Source: Eledone cirrhosa (Eukaryota). Taken from it: DNA of 64,000 nucleotides. Made by a program: the position numbers and the translations under genes. Numbering within the stretch: the first letter of the stretch is position 1; every line of letters starts with the position of its first letter. Under the pieces are notes generated by a model, which ran no database searches, was not told the origin of the DNA, and worked only from the letters and a program-made list of their open reading frames with translations. Location of the stretch: assembly GCA_964016885.1 (NCBI GenBank), contig OZ024744.1, positions 106,640,001-106,704,000 on the forward strand, in the 5' to 3' direction. Positions 36,701 to 51,700 of this stretch are shown one piece after another.

Positions 36701-39700
36701 TACCTTGGCCTTCATTGATCCCTAGATATCTGTAGGGTTGTTCATGTTGGTGTGGTGAATACCTTGACCTTCATTGATCCCTAGATTTCTGTAGGGTTGT
36801 TCTTGTTGGTGTGGTGAATACCTTGGCCCTCATTGATCCCTTGTTATCTGTAGGGTTGTTCCTGTTGGTGTGGTGAATACCTTGGCCCTCATTGATCCCT
36901 AGTTATCTGTAGGGTTGTTAATGTTGGTGTAGTGAATACCTTGGCCTTCCTTGATCCCTAGATATCTGTAGTGTTGTTCATGTTGGTGTGGTGAATACCT
37001 TGGCCTTCCTTGATCCCTAGTTATCTGTAGGGTTGTTCATGTTGGTGTGGTGAATACTTTGGCCTTCATTGGTCCCTAGTTATCTGTAGGGTTGTTCCTG
37101 TTGGCGTGGTGAATAACTTGGCCTTCATTGATCCTAGATATCTTTAGGGGTGTTCTTGTTGGTGTGGTGAATACCTTGGCCCTCATAGATCCCTAGTTAT
37201 CTGTAGGGTTGTTCTTGTTGGCGTGGTGAATACCTTGGCCCTCATTGATCCCTAGATATCTGTAGTGTTGTTCATGTTGGCGTGGTGAATACCTTGTCCT
37301 TCATTGATCCCTAGTTATCTGTAGGGTTGTTCTTGATGGTGTGTTGAATACCTTGGCCTTCCTTGATCCCTAGTTACCTGTAGGGTTGTTCTTCTTGGCG
37401 TGTTGAATATCTTGGCCCTCATTGATCCCTAGATATCTGTAGGGTTTTTCATGTTGGCATGGTGAATACCTTGGCCCTCATTGTTCCCCTGATATCTGTA
37501 GGGTTGTTCATGTTAGTGTGGTGAATACCTTGGCCCTCATTGATCCCTACATATCTGTAGGGTTGTTCCTGTTGGTGTGGTGAATACCTTGGCCCTCATT
37601 GATCCCTAGATATCTGTAGGGTTGTTCATGTTGGTGGGGTGAATACCTTGGCCTTCCTTGATCCCTAGATATCTGTAGTGTTGTTCATGTTGGTGTGGTG
37701 AATACCTTGGCCTTCCTTGATCCCTAGTTATCTGTAGGGTTGTTCATGTTGGTGTGGTGAATACCTTGGCCATCCTTGATCCCTAGTTATCTGTAGGGTT
37801 GTTCATGTTGGTGTGGTGAATACATCGGTCTTCATTGATCCCTAGATATCTGTGGTGTTTTTCTTGTTTGTGTGGTGAATCCCTTGGCCCTCAATGATCC
37901 CTAGATATCTGTAGGCTGGGTGTTGTTGGTGTGGTGAATACCTTGGCCTTCATTGATCCCTAGATATCTGTAGGGTTGTTCATGTTGGTGAGGTGAATAT
38001 CTTGGCCCTCATTGATCCCTAGATATTTGTAGGGTTGTTCATGTTGGTGTGGTGAATACCTAGACCTTCATTGATCCCTAGTTATCTGTAGGGTTGTTCT
38101 TGTTGGTGTGGTGAATACCTTGGCCCTCATTGATCCCTAGTTATCTGTAGGGTTGTTCATGTTGGTGTGGTGAATAGGTTGGCCTCCATTGATCCCTAGT
38201 TATCTGTAGGGTTGTTCATGTTGGTGTGGTGAATACCTTGGCCCTCATTGATCCCTAGTTATCTGTAGGGTTGTTCTTGTTGGTGTGGGGAATACCTTGA
38301 CCTTCATTGATCCCTAGTTATCTGTAGGGTTGTTCTTGTTGGTGTGGTGAATACCTTGGCTTTTATTGATCCTTAGATATCTGTAGGGTTGTTCATGTTG
38401 GTGTGGTGAATAACTTGGCCCTCATTGATCCCTAGATATCTGTAGGGTTGTTCATGTTGGTGTGGTGAATACCTTGGCCCTCATTTATCCTTAGATATCT
38501 GTAGGGTTGTTCATGTTGGTGTGGTGAATAACTTGGCCCTCATTGATCCCTAGATATCTGTAGGGTTATTCCTGTTGGCATGGTGAATAACATGGCCCTC
38601 ATTGATCCCTAGTTATCTGTATGTTGTTCCTGTTGGCGTGGTAAATAAATTGGCGCTCATTGATCCCTAGTTATCTGTAGGGTTGTTCCTGTTGTTGTGG
38701 TGAATACCTTGGCCATCCTTGATCCCTAGTTATCTGTAGGGTTGTTCATGTTGGTGTGGTCAATACCTTGGCCTTCCTTGATCCCTAAATATCTGTAGGG
38801 TTGTTCATGTTGGTGTGGTGAATACCTTGGCCCTCATTGATCCCTAGATATCTGTGGTGTTTTTCTTGTTGGTGTGGTAAATACCTTGGCCCTCATTGAT
38901 CCCTAGATATCTGTAGGCTGGGTCCTGTTGGTGTGGTGAATACCTTGGCCCTCATTGATCCCTAGATATTTGTAGGGTTGTTCATGTTGGTGTGGTGAAT
39001 ACCTAGACCTTCATTGATCCCTAGTTATCTGTAGGGTTGTTCTTGTTGGTGTGGTGAATACCTTGGCCCTCATTGATCCCTAGTTATCTGTAGGGTTGTT
39101 CATGTTGGTGTGGTGAATACCTTGGCCCTCATTGATTCCTAGTTTTCTGTAGGGTTGTTCTTGTTGGTGTGGTGAATACCTTGACCTTCATTGATCCCTA
39201 GTTATCTGTAGGGTTGTTCTTGTTGGTGTGGTGAATACCTTGGCCCTCATTGATCCTTTGATATCTGTAGGGTTGTTCATGTTGGTGTGGTGAATAACTT
39301 GGCCCTCATTGATCCCTAGATATCTGTAGGGTTGTTCTTGTTGGTGTGGTGAATACCTTGGCCTTCATTGATCCCTAGATATCTGTAGGGTTGTTCATGT
39401 TGGTGTGGTGAATACCTTGACCTTCATTGATCCCTAGATTTCTGTAGGGTTGTTCTTGTTGGTGTGGTGAATACCTTGGCCCTCATTGATCCCTTGTTAT
39501 CTGTAGGGTTGTTCCTGTTGGTGTGGTGAATACCTTGGCCCTCATTGATCCCTAGTTATCTGTAGGGTTGTTAATGTTGGTGTGGTGAATACCTTGGCCT
39601 TCCTTGATCCCTAGATATCTGTAGTGTTGTTCATGTTGGTGTGGTGAATACCTTGGCCTTCCTTGATCCCTAGTTATCTGTAGGGTTGTTCATGTTGGTG

Positions 39701-42700
39701 TGGTGAATACTTTGGCCTTCATTGGTCCCTAGTTATCTGTAGGGTTGTTCCTGTTGGCGTGGTGAATAACTTGGCCTTCATTGATCCCTAGATATCTTTA
39801 GGAGTGTTCTTGTTGGTGTGGGGAATACCTTGGCCTTCATTGATCCCTAGATATCTGTAGCGTTGTTCATGTTGGTGTGGTGAATACCTTGGCTTTCCTT
39901 GATCCCTAGTTATCTGTAGGGTTGTTCCTGTTGGTGTGGTGAATACCTTGGCCTTCATTGATCCCTAGTTATCTGTAGAGGTGTTCATGTTGGTGTGGTG
40001 AATACCTTGGCCCTCATTGATCCCTAGTTATCTGTAGAGGTGTTCATGTTGGTGTGGTGAATACCTTGGCCCTCATTGATCCCTAAATATCTGTAGGGTT
40101 GTTCTTGTTGGTGTGATGAATACCTTGGCCTTCCTTGACCCTAGTTATCTGTAGGGTTGTTCTTGGTTTGGTGAATACCTTGGCCTTCATTGGTCCCTAG
40201 TTATCTGTAGGGTTGTTCCTGTTGGCGTGGTGAATAACTTGGCCTTCATTGATCCCTAGATATCTTTAGGGGTGTTCTTGTTGGCGTGGTGAATACCTTG
40301 GCCCTCATTGATCCCTAGATATCTGTAGTGTTGTTCATGTTGGCGTGGTGAATACCTTGTCCTTCATTGATCCCTAGTTATCTGTAGGGTTGTTCTTGAT
40401 GGTGTGTTGAATACCTTGGCCTTCCTTGATCCCTAGTTACCTGTAGGGTTGTTCTTCTTGGCGTGTTGAATATCTTGGCCCTCATTGATCCCTAGATATC
40501 TGTAGGGTTTTTCATGTTGGCATGGTGAATACCTTGGCCCTCATTGATCCCCTGATATCTGTAGGGTTGTTCATGTTGGTGTGGTGAATACCTTGGCCCT
40601 CATTGATCCCTAGATATCTGTAGGGTTATTCATGTTGGTGGGGTGAATACCTTGGCCTTCCTTGATCCCTAGATATCTGTAGTGTTGTTCATGTTGGTGT
40701 GGTGAATACCTTGGCCTTCCTTGATCCCTAGTTATCTGTAGGGTTGTTCATGTTGGTGTGGTGAATACCTTGGCCTTCATTGATCCCTAGATATCTGTAG
40801 CGTTTTTCATGTTCGTGTGGTGAATAGCTTGGCCATCCTTGATCCTAGTTATCTGTAGGGTTGTTCATGTTGGTGTGGTGAATACCTCGGTCTTCATTGA
40901 TCCCTAGATATCTGTGGTGTTTTTCTTGTTTGTGTGGTGAATACCTTGGCCCTCATTGATCCCTAGATATCTGTAGGCTGGGTCCTGTTGGTGTGGTGAA
41001 TACCTTGGCCTTCATTGATCCCTAGATATCTGTAGGGTTGTTCATGTTGGTGAGGTGAATATCTTGGCCCTCATTGATTCATAGATATTTGTAGGGTTGT
41101 TCATGTTGGTGTGGTGAATACCTAGACCTTCATTGATCCCTAGTTATCTGTAGGGTTGTTCTTGTTGGTGTGGTGAATACCTTGGCCCTCATTGATCCCT
41201 AGTTATCTGTAGGGTTGTTCATGTTGGTGTGGTGAATAGGTTGGCCTCCATTGATCCCTAGTTATCTGTAGGGTTGTTCATGTTGGTGTGGTGAATACCT
41301 TGGCCCTCATTGATCCCTAGTTATCTGTAGGGTTGTTCTTGTTGGTGTGGGGAATACCTTGACCTTCATTGATCCCTAGTTATCTGTAGGGTTGTTCTTG
41401 TTGGTGTGGTGAATACCTTGGCCCTCATTGATCCTTAGATATCTGTAGGGTTGTTCATGTTGGTGTGGTGAATAACTTGGCCCTCATTGATCCCTAGATA
41501 TCTGTAGGGTTGTTCATGTTGGTGTGGTGAATACCTTGGCCCTCATTGATCCTTAGATATCTGTAGGGTTGTTCATGTTGGTGTGGTGAATAACTTGGCC
41601 CTCATTGATCCCTTGATATCTGTAGGGTTATTCCTGTTGGCATGGTGAATAACATGGCCCTCATTGATCCCTAGTTATCTGTATGTTTTTCCTGTTGGCG
41701 TGGTAAATAACTTGGCCCTCATTGATCCCTAGTTATCTGTAGGGTTGTTCCTGTTGTTGTGGTGAATACCTTGGCCATCCTTGATCCCTAGTTATCTGTA
41801 GGGTTGTTCATGTTGGTGTGGTCAATACCTTGGCCTTCCTTGATCCCTAAATATCTGTAGGGTTGTTCATGTTGGTGTGGTGAATACCTCGGTCTTCATT
41901 GATCCCTAGATATCTGTGGTGTTTTTCTTGTTGGTGTGGTGAATACCTTGGCCCTCATTGATCCCTAGATATCTGTAGGCTGGGTCATGTTGGTGTGGTG
42001 AATACCTTGGCCCTCATTGATCCCTAGATATTTGTAGGGTTGTTCATGTTGGTGTGGTGAATACCTAGACCTTCATTGATCCCTAGTTATCTGTAGGGTT
42101 GTTCTTGTTGGTGTGGTGAATACCTTGGCCCTCATTGATCCCTAGTTATCCGTAGGGTTGTTCATGTTGGTGTGGTGAATAGGTTGGCCTCCATTGATCC
42201 ATAGTTATCTGTAGGGTTGTTCATGTTGGTGTGGTGAATACCTTGGCCCTCATTGATCCCTAGTTATCTGTAGGGTTGTTCTTGTTGGTGTGGTGAATAC
42301 CTTGACCTTCATTGATCCCTAGTTATCTGTAGGGTTGTTCTTGTTGGTGTGGTGAATACCTTGGCCCTCATTGATCCTTAGATATCTGTAGGGTTGTTCA
42401 TGTTGGTGTGGTGAATAACTTGGCCCTCATTGATCCCTAGATATCTGTAGGGTTGTTCATGTTGGTGTGTTGAATACCTTGGCCCTCATTGATCCCTAGA
42501 TATCTGTAGGGTTATTCCTGTTGGCATGGTGAATAACATGGCCCTCATTGATCCCTAGTTATCTGTATGTTGTTCCTGTTGGCGTGGTAAATAACTTGGC
42601 CCTCATTGATCCCTAGTTATCTGTAGGGTTGTTCCTGTTGTTGTGGTGAATACCTTGGCCATCCTTGATCCCTAGTTATCTGTAGGGTTGTTTATGTTGG

Positions 42701-45700
42701 CGTGGTGAATAACTTGGCCCTCATTGATCCCTAGTTAAATGTACGGCTGTTCATGTTGGTGTGGTGAATACATTGGCCTTCCTTGAGCCCTAGTTATCTG
42801 TAGGGTTGTTCATGTTTGTGTGGTGAATACCTTGGCCCTCATTGATCCCTAGATATCTGTAGTGTTGTTCTTGTTGGCGTGGTGAATACCTTGGCTCTCA
42901 TTGATCCCTAGTTATCTGTAGGGTTGTTCTTGTTGGCGTGGTGAATACCTTGGCCCTCATTGATCCCTAGATATCTGTAGTGTTGTTCATGTTGGTGTGG
43001 TAAATATCTTGGCCCTCATTGATCCCCTGATATCTGTAGGGTTGTTCATGTTGGTGTGGTGAATACCTTGGCCTTCATTGATCCCTAGTTATCTGTAGGG
43101 GTGTTCATGTTGGTGTGGTGAATACCTTGGCCTTCATTGATCCCTAGATATCTGTAGGGTTGTTGATGTTGGTGTGGTGAATACCTTGACCTTCATTGAT
43201 CCCTACTTATCTGTAGGGTTGTTCTTGTTGGTGTGGTGAATACCTTGGCCTTCATTGATCCCTAGATATCTGTAGGGTTGTTCATGTTGGTGTGGTGAAT
43301 ACCTTGACATTCATTGATCCCTAGATATCTGTAGGGTTGTTCTTGTTGGTGTGGTGAATACCTTGGCCCTCATTGATCCCTTGTTATCTGTAGGGTTGTT
43401 CCTGTTGGTGTGGTGAATACCTTGGCCCTCATTGATCCCTAGTTAGCTGAAGGGTTGTTCATGTTGGTGTGGTGAATACCTTGGCCTTCCTTGATCCCTA
43501 GTTATCTGTATGGTTGTTCATGTTGGTGTGGTGAATACCTTGGCCCTCATTGATCCCTAGTTATCTGTAGTGTTGTTCATGTTGGTGTGCTGAATACCTT
43601 GGCTTTCCTTGATCCCTAGTTATCTGTAGGGTTGTTCATGTTGGTGTGGTGAATACCTTGGCCCTCATTGATCCCCAGATATCTGTAGGGTTGTTCTTGT
43701 TGGTGTGGTGAATATCTTGGCCCTCATTGATCCCTAGTTATCTGTAGTGTTGTTCATGTTGGTGTGCTGAATACCTTGGCCTTCCTTGATCCCTAGTTAT
43801 CTTTAGGGTTGTTCATGTTGGTGTGGTGAATACCTTGGCCTTCATTGATCCCTAGTTATCTGTAGGGTTGTGCCTGTTGGTGTGGTGAATACCTTGGCCT
43901 TCATTGATCCCTAGATATCTGTAGAGGTGTTCATGTTGGTGTGGTGAATACTTTGGCCCTCATTGGTCCCTAGTTATCTGTAGAGGTGTTCATGTTGGTG
44001 TGGTGAATACCTTGGCCCTCATTGATCCCTAAATATCTGTAGGGTTGTTCTTGTTGGTGTGATGAATACCTTGGCCTTCCTTGACCCTAGTTATCTGTAG
44101 GGTTGTTCTTGGTGTGGTGAATACCTTGGACGTCATTGGTCCCTAGTTATCTGTAGGGTTGTTCCTGTTGGCGTGGTGAATAACTTGGCCTTCAATAATC
44201 CCTAGATATCTTTAGGGGTGTTCTTGTTGGTGTGGTGAATACCTTGGCCCTCATAGATCCCTAGTTATCTGTAGGGTTGTTCTTGTTGGCATGGTGAATA
44301 CCTTGGCCCTCATTGATCCCTAGATATCTGTAGTGTTGTTCATGTTGGCGTGGTGAATACCTTGGCCCTCATTGATCCCTAGTTATCTGTAGTGTTGTTC
44401 ATGTTGGTGTGCTGAATACCTTGGCCTTCCTTGATCCCTATTTATTTTTAGGGTTGTTCATGTTGGTGTGGTGAATATCTTGTCCTTCATTGATCCCTAG
44501 TTATCTGTAGGGTTGTTCTTGATGGTGTGTTGAATACCTTGGCCTTCTTTGATCCCTAGTTACCTGTAGGGTTGTTCTTCTTGGCGTGTTGAATATCTTG
44601 GCCCTCATTGATCCCTAGATATCTGTAGGGTTTTTCATGTCGGCATGGTGAATACCTTGGCCCTCATTGAGCCCCTGATATCTGTAGGGTTGTTCATGTT
44701 GGTGTGGTGAATACCTTGGCTTTCCTTGATCCCTAGTTATCTGTAGGGTTGTTCATGTTGGTGTGGTGAATACCTTGGCCATCCTTGATCCCTAGATATC
44801 AGTAGTGTTGTTCATGTTGGTGTGGTAAATATCTTGACCTTCCTTGATCCCTAGTTATCTGTAGGGTTGTTCATGTTGGTTTGGTGAATACCTTGGCCTT
44901 CCTTGATCCCTAGTTATCTTTAGGGTTGTTCATGTTGGTGTGGTGAATACCTTGGCCTTCCTTGATCCCTAGTTATCTGTAGGGTTGTTCTTGGTGTGGT
45001 GAATACCTTGGCCTTCATTGGTCCCTAGTTATCTGTAGGGTTGTTCCTGTTGGCGTGGTGAATAACTTGGCCTTCATTGATCCCTAGATATCTTTAGGGG
45101 TGTTCTTGTTGGTGTGGTGAATACCTTGGCCTTCATTGATCCCTAGATATCTGTAGCGTTGTTCATGTTGGTGTGCTGAATACCTTGGCTTTCCTTGATC
45201 CCTAGTTATCTGTAGGGTTGTTCCTGTTGGTGTGGTGAATACCTTGGCCTTCATTGATCCCTAGTTATCTGTAGAGGTGTTCATGTTGGTGTGGTGAATA
45301 CCTTGTCCCTCATTGATCCCTAGTTATCTGTAGAGGTGTTCATGTTGGTGTGGTGAATACCTTGGCCCTCATTGATCCCTAGTTATCTGTAGGGTTGTTC
45401 CTGTTGGCGTGGTGAATACCTTGTACTTCATTGATCCCTAGTTATCTGTAGGGTTGTTCATGTTGGTGTGGTGAATACCTTGGCCTTCATTGATCCCTAG
45501 TTATCTGTAGGGGTGTTAATGTTGGTGTGGTGCATACCTTGACCCTCATTGATCCCTAGATATCTGTAGGGTTGATCATGTTGGTCTGGTGAATACCTTG
45601 GCTTTCATTGATCCCTATTTATCTGTAGGGTTCTTCATGTTGGTGTGGTGCATACCTTGACCCTCATTGATCACTAGTTATCTGTAGGGTTCTTCATGTT

Positions 45701-48700
45701 GGTGTGTTGAATACCTTGGCCCTCATTGAACACTAGTTATCTGTAGAGTTCTTCATGTTGGTGTGGTGAATACCTTGACCCTCATTGATCACTAGTTATC
45801 TGTAGGGTTCTTCATGTTGGTGTGGTGCTATTTTTGGCCCTCATTGATCGCTAGTTATCTGTAGGGTTGTTCATTTAGGTGTGGTGAACACCTTGACTTT
45901 CCTTGATCCCTAGTTATCTGTAAGGTTCTTCATGTTGGTGTGGTGCATACCTTGGCCCTCATTGATCCCTAGTTATCTGTAGGGTTCTTCATGTTGGTGT
46001 GGTGAATACCTTGGCCATCCTTGATCCCTAGTTATCGGTATGGTTATTCATGTTGGTGTGGTGAATACCTTGGCCTTCCTTGATCCCTAGTTATCTGTAG
46101 AGGTGTTCATGTTGGTGTGGTGAATACCTTGGCCCTCATTGTTTCCCAGTTATCTGTAGGGTTGTTCATTTTGGTGTGGTGAATACCTTGGCTTTCCTTG
46201 ATCCCTAGTTATCTGTAGGGTTGTTCATGTTGGTGTGTTGAATACCTTGGCCTTCCTTGATCCCTAGTTATCTTTAGGGTTGTTCTTGTTGGTGTGGTGT
46301 ATACCTTGGTCTTCATTGATCGCTAGTTATCTGTAGGGTTGATCGTGTTGGTGTAGTGAATACCTTGGCCTTCCTTGATCCCTAGTTATCTGTAGGGTTG
46401 TTCTTGTTGGTGTGGTGTATACCTTGGCCTTCCTTGATCCCTAGTTATCTGTAGGGTTGTTCTTGTTGGTGTGGTGTGTACCTTGGCCTTCCTTGAACAC
46501 TAGTTATCTGTAGGGTTCTTCATGTTGGTATGGTGCATACCTTGGCCCTCATTGATCCCTAGTTACCTGTAGGGTTCTTCATGTTGGTGTGGTGAATACC
46601 TTGACCCTCATTGATCACTAGTTATCTGTAGGTTTGTTCATTTTGGTGTGGTGAACACCTTGTCTTTCCTTGATCCCTAGTTATCTGTAAGGTCCTTCAA
46701 TTTGGTGTGGTGCATACCTTGGCCCTCATTGATCCCTAGTTATCTGTAGGGTTCTGCATGTTGGTGTGGTGAATACCTTGGCCTTCCTTGATCCCTATTT
46801 ATCTGTAGGGTTGTTCATTTTGGTGTGGTGAATACCTTCGCTTTCCTTGATCCCTAGTTATCTGTAGGGTTGTTCATGTTGGTGTGTTGAATACCTTGGC
46901 CTTCCTTGATCCCTAGTTATCTTTAGGGTTCTTCTTGTTGGTGTGGTGTATACCTTGGCCTTCCTTGATCTGTAGGGTTGTTCATGTTGATGTGTTGAAT
47001 ACCTTGGCCTTCCTTGATCCCTAGTTATCTGTAGTCTTGTTCATGTTGGTGTGGTGAATACCTTGGCCTTCCTTCATCCCTAGTTATCTGTAGGGTTGTT
47101 CTTGTTGGTGTGGTGTATACCTTGGCCTTAAGTGATCCCTAGTTATCTCTAGGGTTGTTCTTGTTCGTGTGGTGAATACCTTGGCCTTCATTGATCCCTA
47201 GATATCTGTAGGGTTGTTCTTGTTGGTGTGGTGTATACCTTGGCCTTAAGTGATCCCTAGTTATCTCTAGGGTTGTTCTTGTTGGTGTGGTGAATACCTT
47301 GGCCTTCCTTGATCCCTAATTATCTTTAGGGTTGTTCTTGTTGGTGTGGTGTATACCTTGGCCTTCCTTGATCTCTAGTTATCTGTAGGGTTGTTCTTGT
47401 TGGTGTGGTGTATACCTTGGCCTTCCTTGATCTCTAGTTATCTGTAGGGTTGTTCTTGTTGGTGTGGTGAACACCTTGGCCTTCCTTGATCCCTAGTTAT
47501 CTTTAGGGTTGTTCTTGTTGGTGTGGTGTATACCATGGCCTTCCTTGATCCCTAGTTAACTGTAGGGTTGTTTTGTTGGTGTGGTGAATACCTTGGCGTT
47601 CCTTGATCCTTAGTTATCTGTAGGTTTGTTCTTGTTCGTGTGGTGAATACCTTGGCCTTCCTTGATCCCTAGATATCTGTGGTGTTGTTCTTGTTGGTGT
47701 GGTGAATACCTTGGCCTACATTGATCCCTAGATATCTGTAGGCGGGGTCCTGTTGGTGTGGTGAATACCTTGGCCTTCATTGATCCCTAGATATCTGTAG
47801 GGTTGTTCATGTTGGTGAGGTGAATATCTTGGCTCTCATTGATCCCTAGATATTTGTAGGGTTGTTCATGTTGGTGTGGTGAATACCTAGACCTACATTG
47901 ATCCCTAGTTAACTGTAGGGTTGTTCTTGTTGGTGTGCTGAATACCTTGGCCCTCATTGATCCCTAGTTATCTGTAGCGTTGTTCATGTTGGTGTGGTGA
48001 ATAGGTTGGCCTCCATTGATCCCTAGTGATCTGTAGAGTTGTTCTTGTTGGTGTGGTGCATACCTTGACTCTCATTGATCCCTAGTTATCTGTAGGGTTC
48101 TTCATGTTGGTGTGGTGAATACCTTGGCCTTCCTTGATCCCTAGTTATCGGTAGGGTTATTCATGTTGGTGTGGTGAATACTTGGCCTTCCTTGATCCCT
48201 ACATATCTGTGGTGTTGTTCTTGTTGGTGTGGTGAATACCTTGGCCTACATTGATCCCTAGATATCTGTAGGCGGGGTCCTGTTGGTGTGGTGAATACCT
48301 TGGCCTTCATTGATCCCTAGATATCTGTAGGGTTGTTCATGTTGGTGAGGTGAATATCTTGGCCCTCATTGATCCCTAGAAATTTGTAGGGTTGTTTATG
48401 TTGGTATGGTGAATACCTAGACCTTCATTGATCCCTAGTTATCTGTAGGGTTGTTCTTGTTGGTGTGGTGAATACCTTGGCCCTCATTGATCCCTACTTA
48501 TCTGTAGGGTTGTTCATGTTGGTGTGGTGAATAGGTTGGGCTCCAATGATGCCTAGTGATCTGTAGAGTTGTTCTTGTTGGTGTGGTGAATAGCTTGGCC
48601 CTCATTGATCCCTAGATATCTGTAGGGTTGTTCATGTTGGTGTGGTGAATACCTTGGCCCTCATTGATCCCTAGATATCTGTAGGGTTGTTCAGGTTGGT

Positions 48701-51700
48701 GTGGTGAATACCTTGTCCCTCATTGATCCCTAGTTATCTGTAGTGTTGTTCCTGTTGGCGTGGTGAATAACTTGGCCCTCATTGATCCCTAGTTATCTGT
48801 AGGGTTGTTCCTGTTGGCGTGCTGAATACCTTGGCCTTCATTGATCCCTAGATATCTGTAGTGTTGGTCTTGTTGGCGTTGTGAATACCTTTCCCTCATT
48901 GATCCCTAGATATCTGTAGAGTTGTTCATGTTTGAGTGGTGAATACCTTGGCCATCATTGATCCCTAGTTATCTATAGGGTTGTTTTTGTTGGTGTGGTG
49001 AATACTTTGGCCCTCATTGATCCCTAGATATTTGTAGTGTTGTTCTTGTTGGTATGGTGAATACCCTGGCCTTCCTTGATCCCTAGTTATCTCTAGGGTT
49101 GTTCTTGTTGGTGTGGCGAATATCTTGGCCCTCATTGAACCCTAGATATCTGTAGGGATGTTCCTGTTGGCGTGGTGAATACCTTCGCCCTTATATCCCT
49201 AGTTATCTGTAGAGTTGTTCCTGTTGGTGTGGTGAATATCTTGGCCTTGCTTGATCCCTAGTTATCTGCAGGGTTGTTCCTGTTGGTGTGGTGAATAACT
49301 TGGCCCTCATTGATCCCTAGATATCTGTAGAGTTGTTCATATTGGTGTGGTGAATACCTTGGCCTTCATTGATCCTTAGATATCACTAGGGTTGTTTATG
49401 GTGGCATGGTGAATACCTTGGTCCTTATTAATCCCTTGATACCTGTAGGGTTCTTCATGTTGGTGTGGTGAATACCTTGGCCATCCTTGATCCCTAAATA
49501 TCTGTAGGGTTGTTCATGTTGGTGTGGTGAATACCTCGGTCTTCATTGATCCCTAGATATCTGTGGTGTTGTTCTTGTTGGTGTGGTGATTACCTTGGCC
49601 CTCATTGATCCCTAGATATCTGTAGGCTGTGTCCTGTTGGTGTGGTGAATACCTTGGCCTTCATTGATCCCTAGATATCTGTAGGGTTGTTCATGTTGGT
49701 GAGGTGAATATCTTGGCCCCCATTGATCCCTAGTTATCTGTAGGGTTGTTCATGTTTGTGTGGTGAATACCTTGACCTTCATTGATCCCTAGTTAGCGGT
49801 AGGGTTGTTCTTGTTGGTGTGATGAATACCTTGGCCCTCAATGATCCCTAGATATCTGTAGGGTTGTTCATGTTGGTATGGTGAATAACTTGGCTCTCAT
49901 TGATCCCTAGATATCTGTAGGGTTGTTCATGTTGGTGTGGTGAATACCTTGGCCCTCATTGATCCCTAGATATCTGTAGGGTTATTCCTGTTGGCATGGT
50001 GAATAACATGGCCCTCATTGATCCCTAGTTATCTGTATGTTGTTCCTGTTGACGTGGTGAATAACTTGGCCCTCATTGATCCCTAGTTATCTGTAGGGTT
50101 GTTCCTGTTGGTGTGGTGAATACCTTGGCCTTCCTTGATCCCTAGTTGTAAGTACGGTTGTTCTTGTTGGTGTGGTGTATACCTTGGCCTTCCTTGATCC
50201 CTAGTTATCTGTAGGGTTGTTCATGTTGGTGTGTTGAATACCTTGGACTTCCTTGATCCCTAGTTATCATTAGGGTTGGTCTTGTTGGTGTGGTGAATAA
50301 TTTGGCCCTCATTGATCCCTAGTTATATGTACGGTTGTTCCTGTTGGTGTGGTGAATACCTTGGCCCTCATTGATCCCTAGTTATCTGTAGTGTTGTTCT
50401 TGTTGGCGTGGTGAATACCTTGGCCCTCATTGATCCCTAGATATCTGTAGTGTTGTTCTTGTTGGCGTGGTGAATACCTTGGCCCTCATTGATCCCTAGT
50501 TATCTGTAGGGTTGTTCTTGTTGGCGTGGTGAATACCTTGGCCCTCATTGATCCCCTGATATCTGTAGGGTTGTTCTTGTTGGCGTGGTGAATACCTTGG
50601 CCCTCATTGATCCCCTGATATCTGTAGGGTTGTTCATGTTGGTGTGGTGAATACCTTGACCTTAATTGATCCCTAGATATCTGTAGGGTTGTTCTTGTTG
50701 GTGTGGTGAATACCTTGGCCTTCATTGATCCCTAGATATCTGTAGGGTTGTTCATGTTGGTGTGGTGAATACATTGACCTTCATTGATCCTTAGATATCT
50801 ATAGGGTTGTTCTTGTTGGTGTGATAAATACCTTGGACCTCATTGATCCCTAGTTATCTGTAGGGTTGTTCTTGTTGGTGTGGTTAATATCTTGGCCCTC
50901 ATTGATCCCTAGTTATCTGTTGTGTTGTTCATGTTGGTGTGCTGAATACCTTGGCCTTCCTTGATCCCTAGTTATCTTTAGGGTTGTTCATGTTGGTGTG
51001 GTGAATACCTTGGCTTTCATTGATCCCTAGTTATCTGTAGGGTTGTGCCTGTTGGTATGGTGACTACCTTGGCCTTCATCGATCCCTAGATATCTGTAGC
51101 GTTGTTCATGTTGGTGTGCTGAATACCTTGGCTTTCCTTGATCCCTAGTTATCTGTAGGGTTGTTCCTGTTCGTGTGGTGAATACCTTGGCCTTCATTGA
51201 TCCCTAGTTATCTGTAGAGGTGTTCATGTTGGTGTGGTGAATACCTTGGCCCTCATTGATCCCTAGTTATCTGTAGAGGTGTTCATGATGGTGTGGTGAA
51301 TACCTTGGCCCTTATTGATCCCTAAATATCTGTAGGGTTGTTCTTGTTGGTGTGGTGAATACCTTGGCCTTCCTTGATCCCTAGTTATCTGTAGGGTTGT
51401 TCTTGGTGTGGTGAATACCTTGGCCTTCATTGGTCCCTAGTTATCTGTAGGGTTGTTCCTGTTGGCGTGGTGAATAACTTGGCCTTCATTGATCCCTAGA
51501 TATCTTTAGGGGTGTTCTTGTTGGTGTGTTGAATACCTTGGCCCTCATTGATCCCTAGTTATCTGTAGTGTTGTTCTTGTTGGCATGGTGAATACCTTGC
51601 CCCTTAGTGATCCCTAGATATCTGTAGGGTTATTCCTGTTGGCATGGTGAATAACATGGCCCTCATTGATCCCTAGATATCTGTAGTGTTGTTCTTGTTG

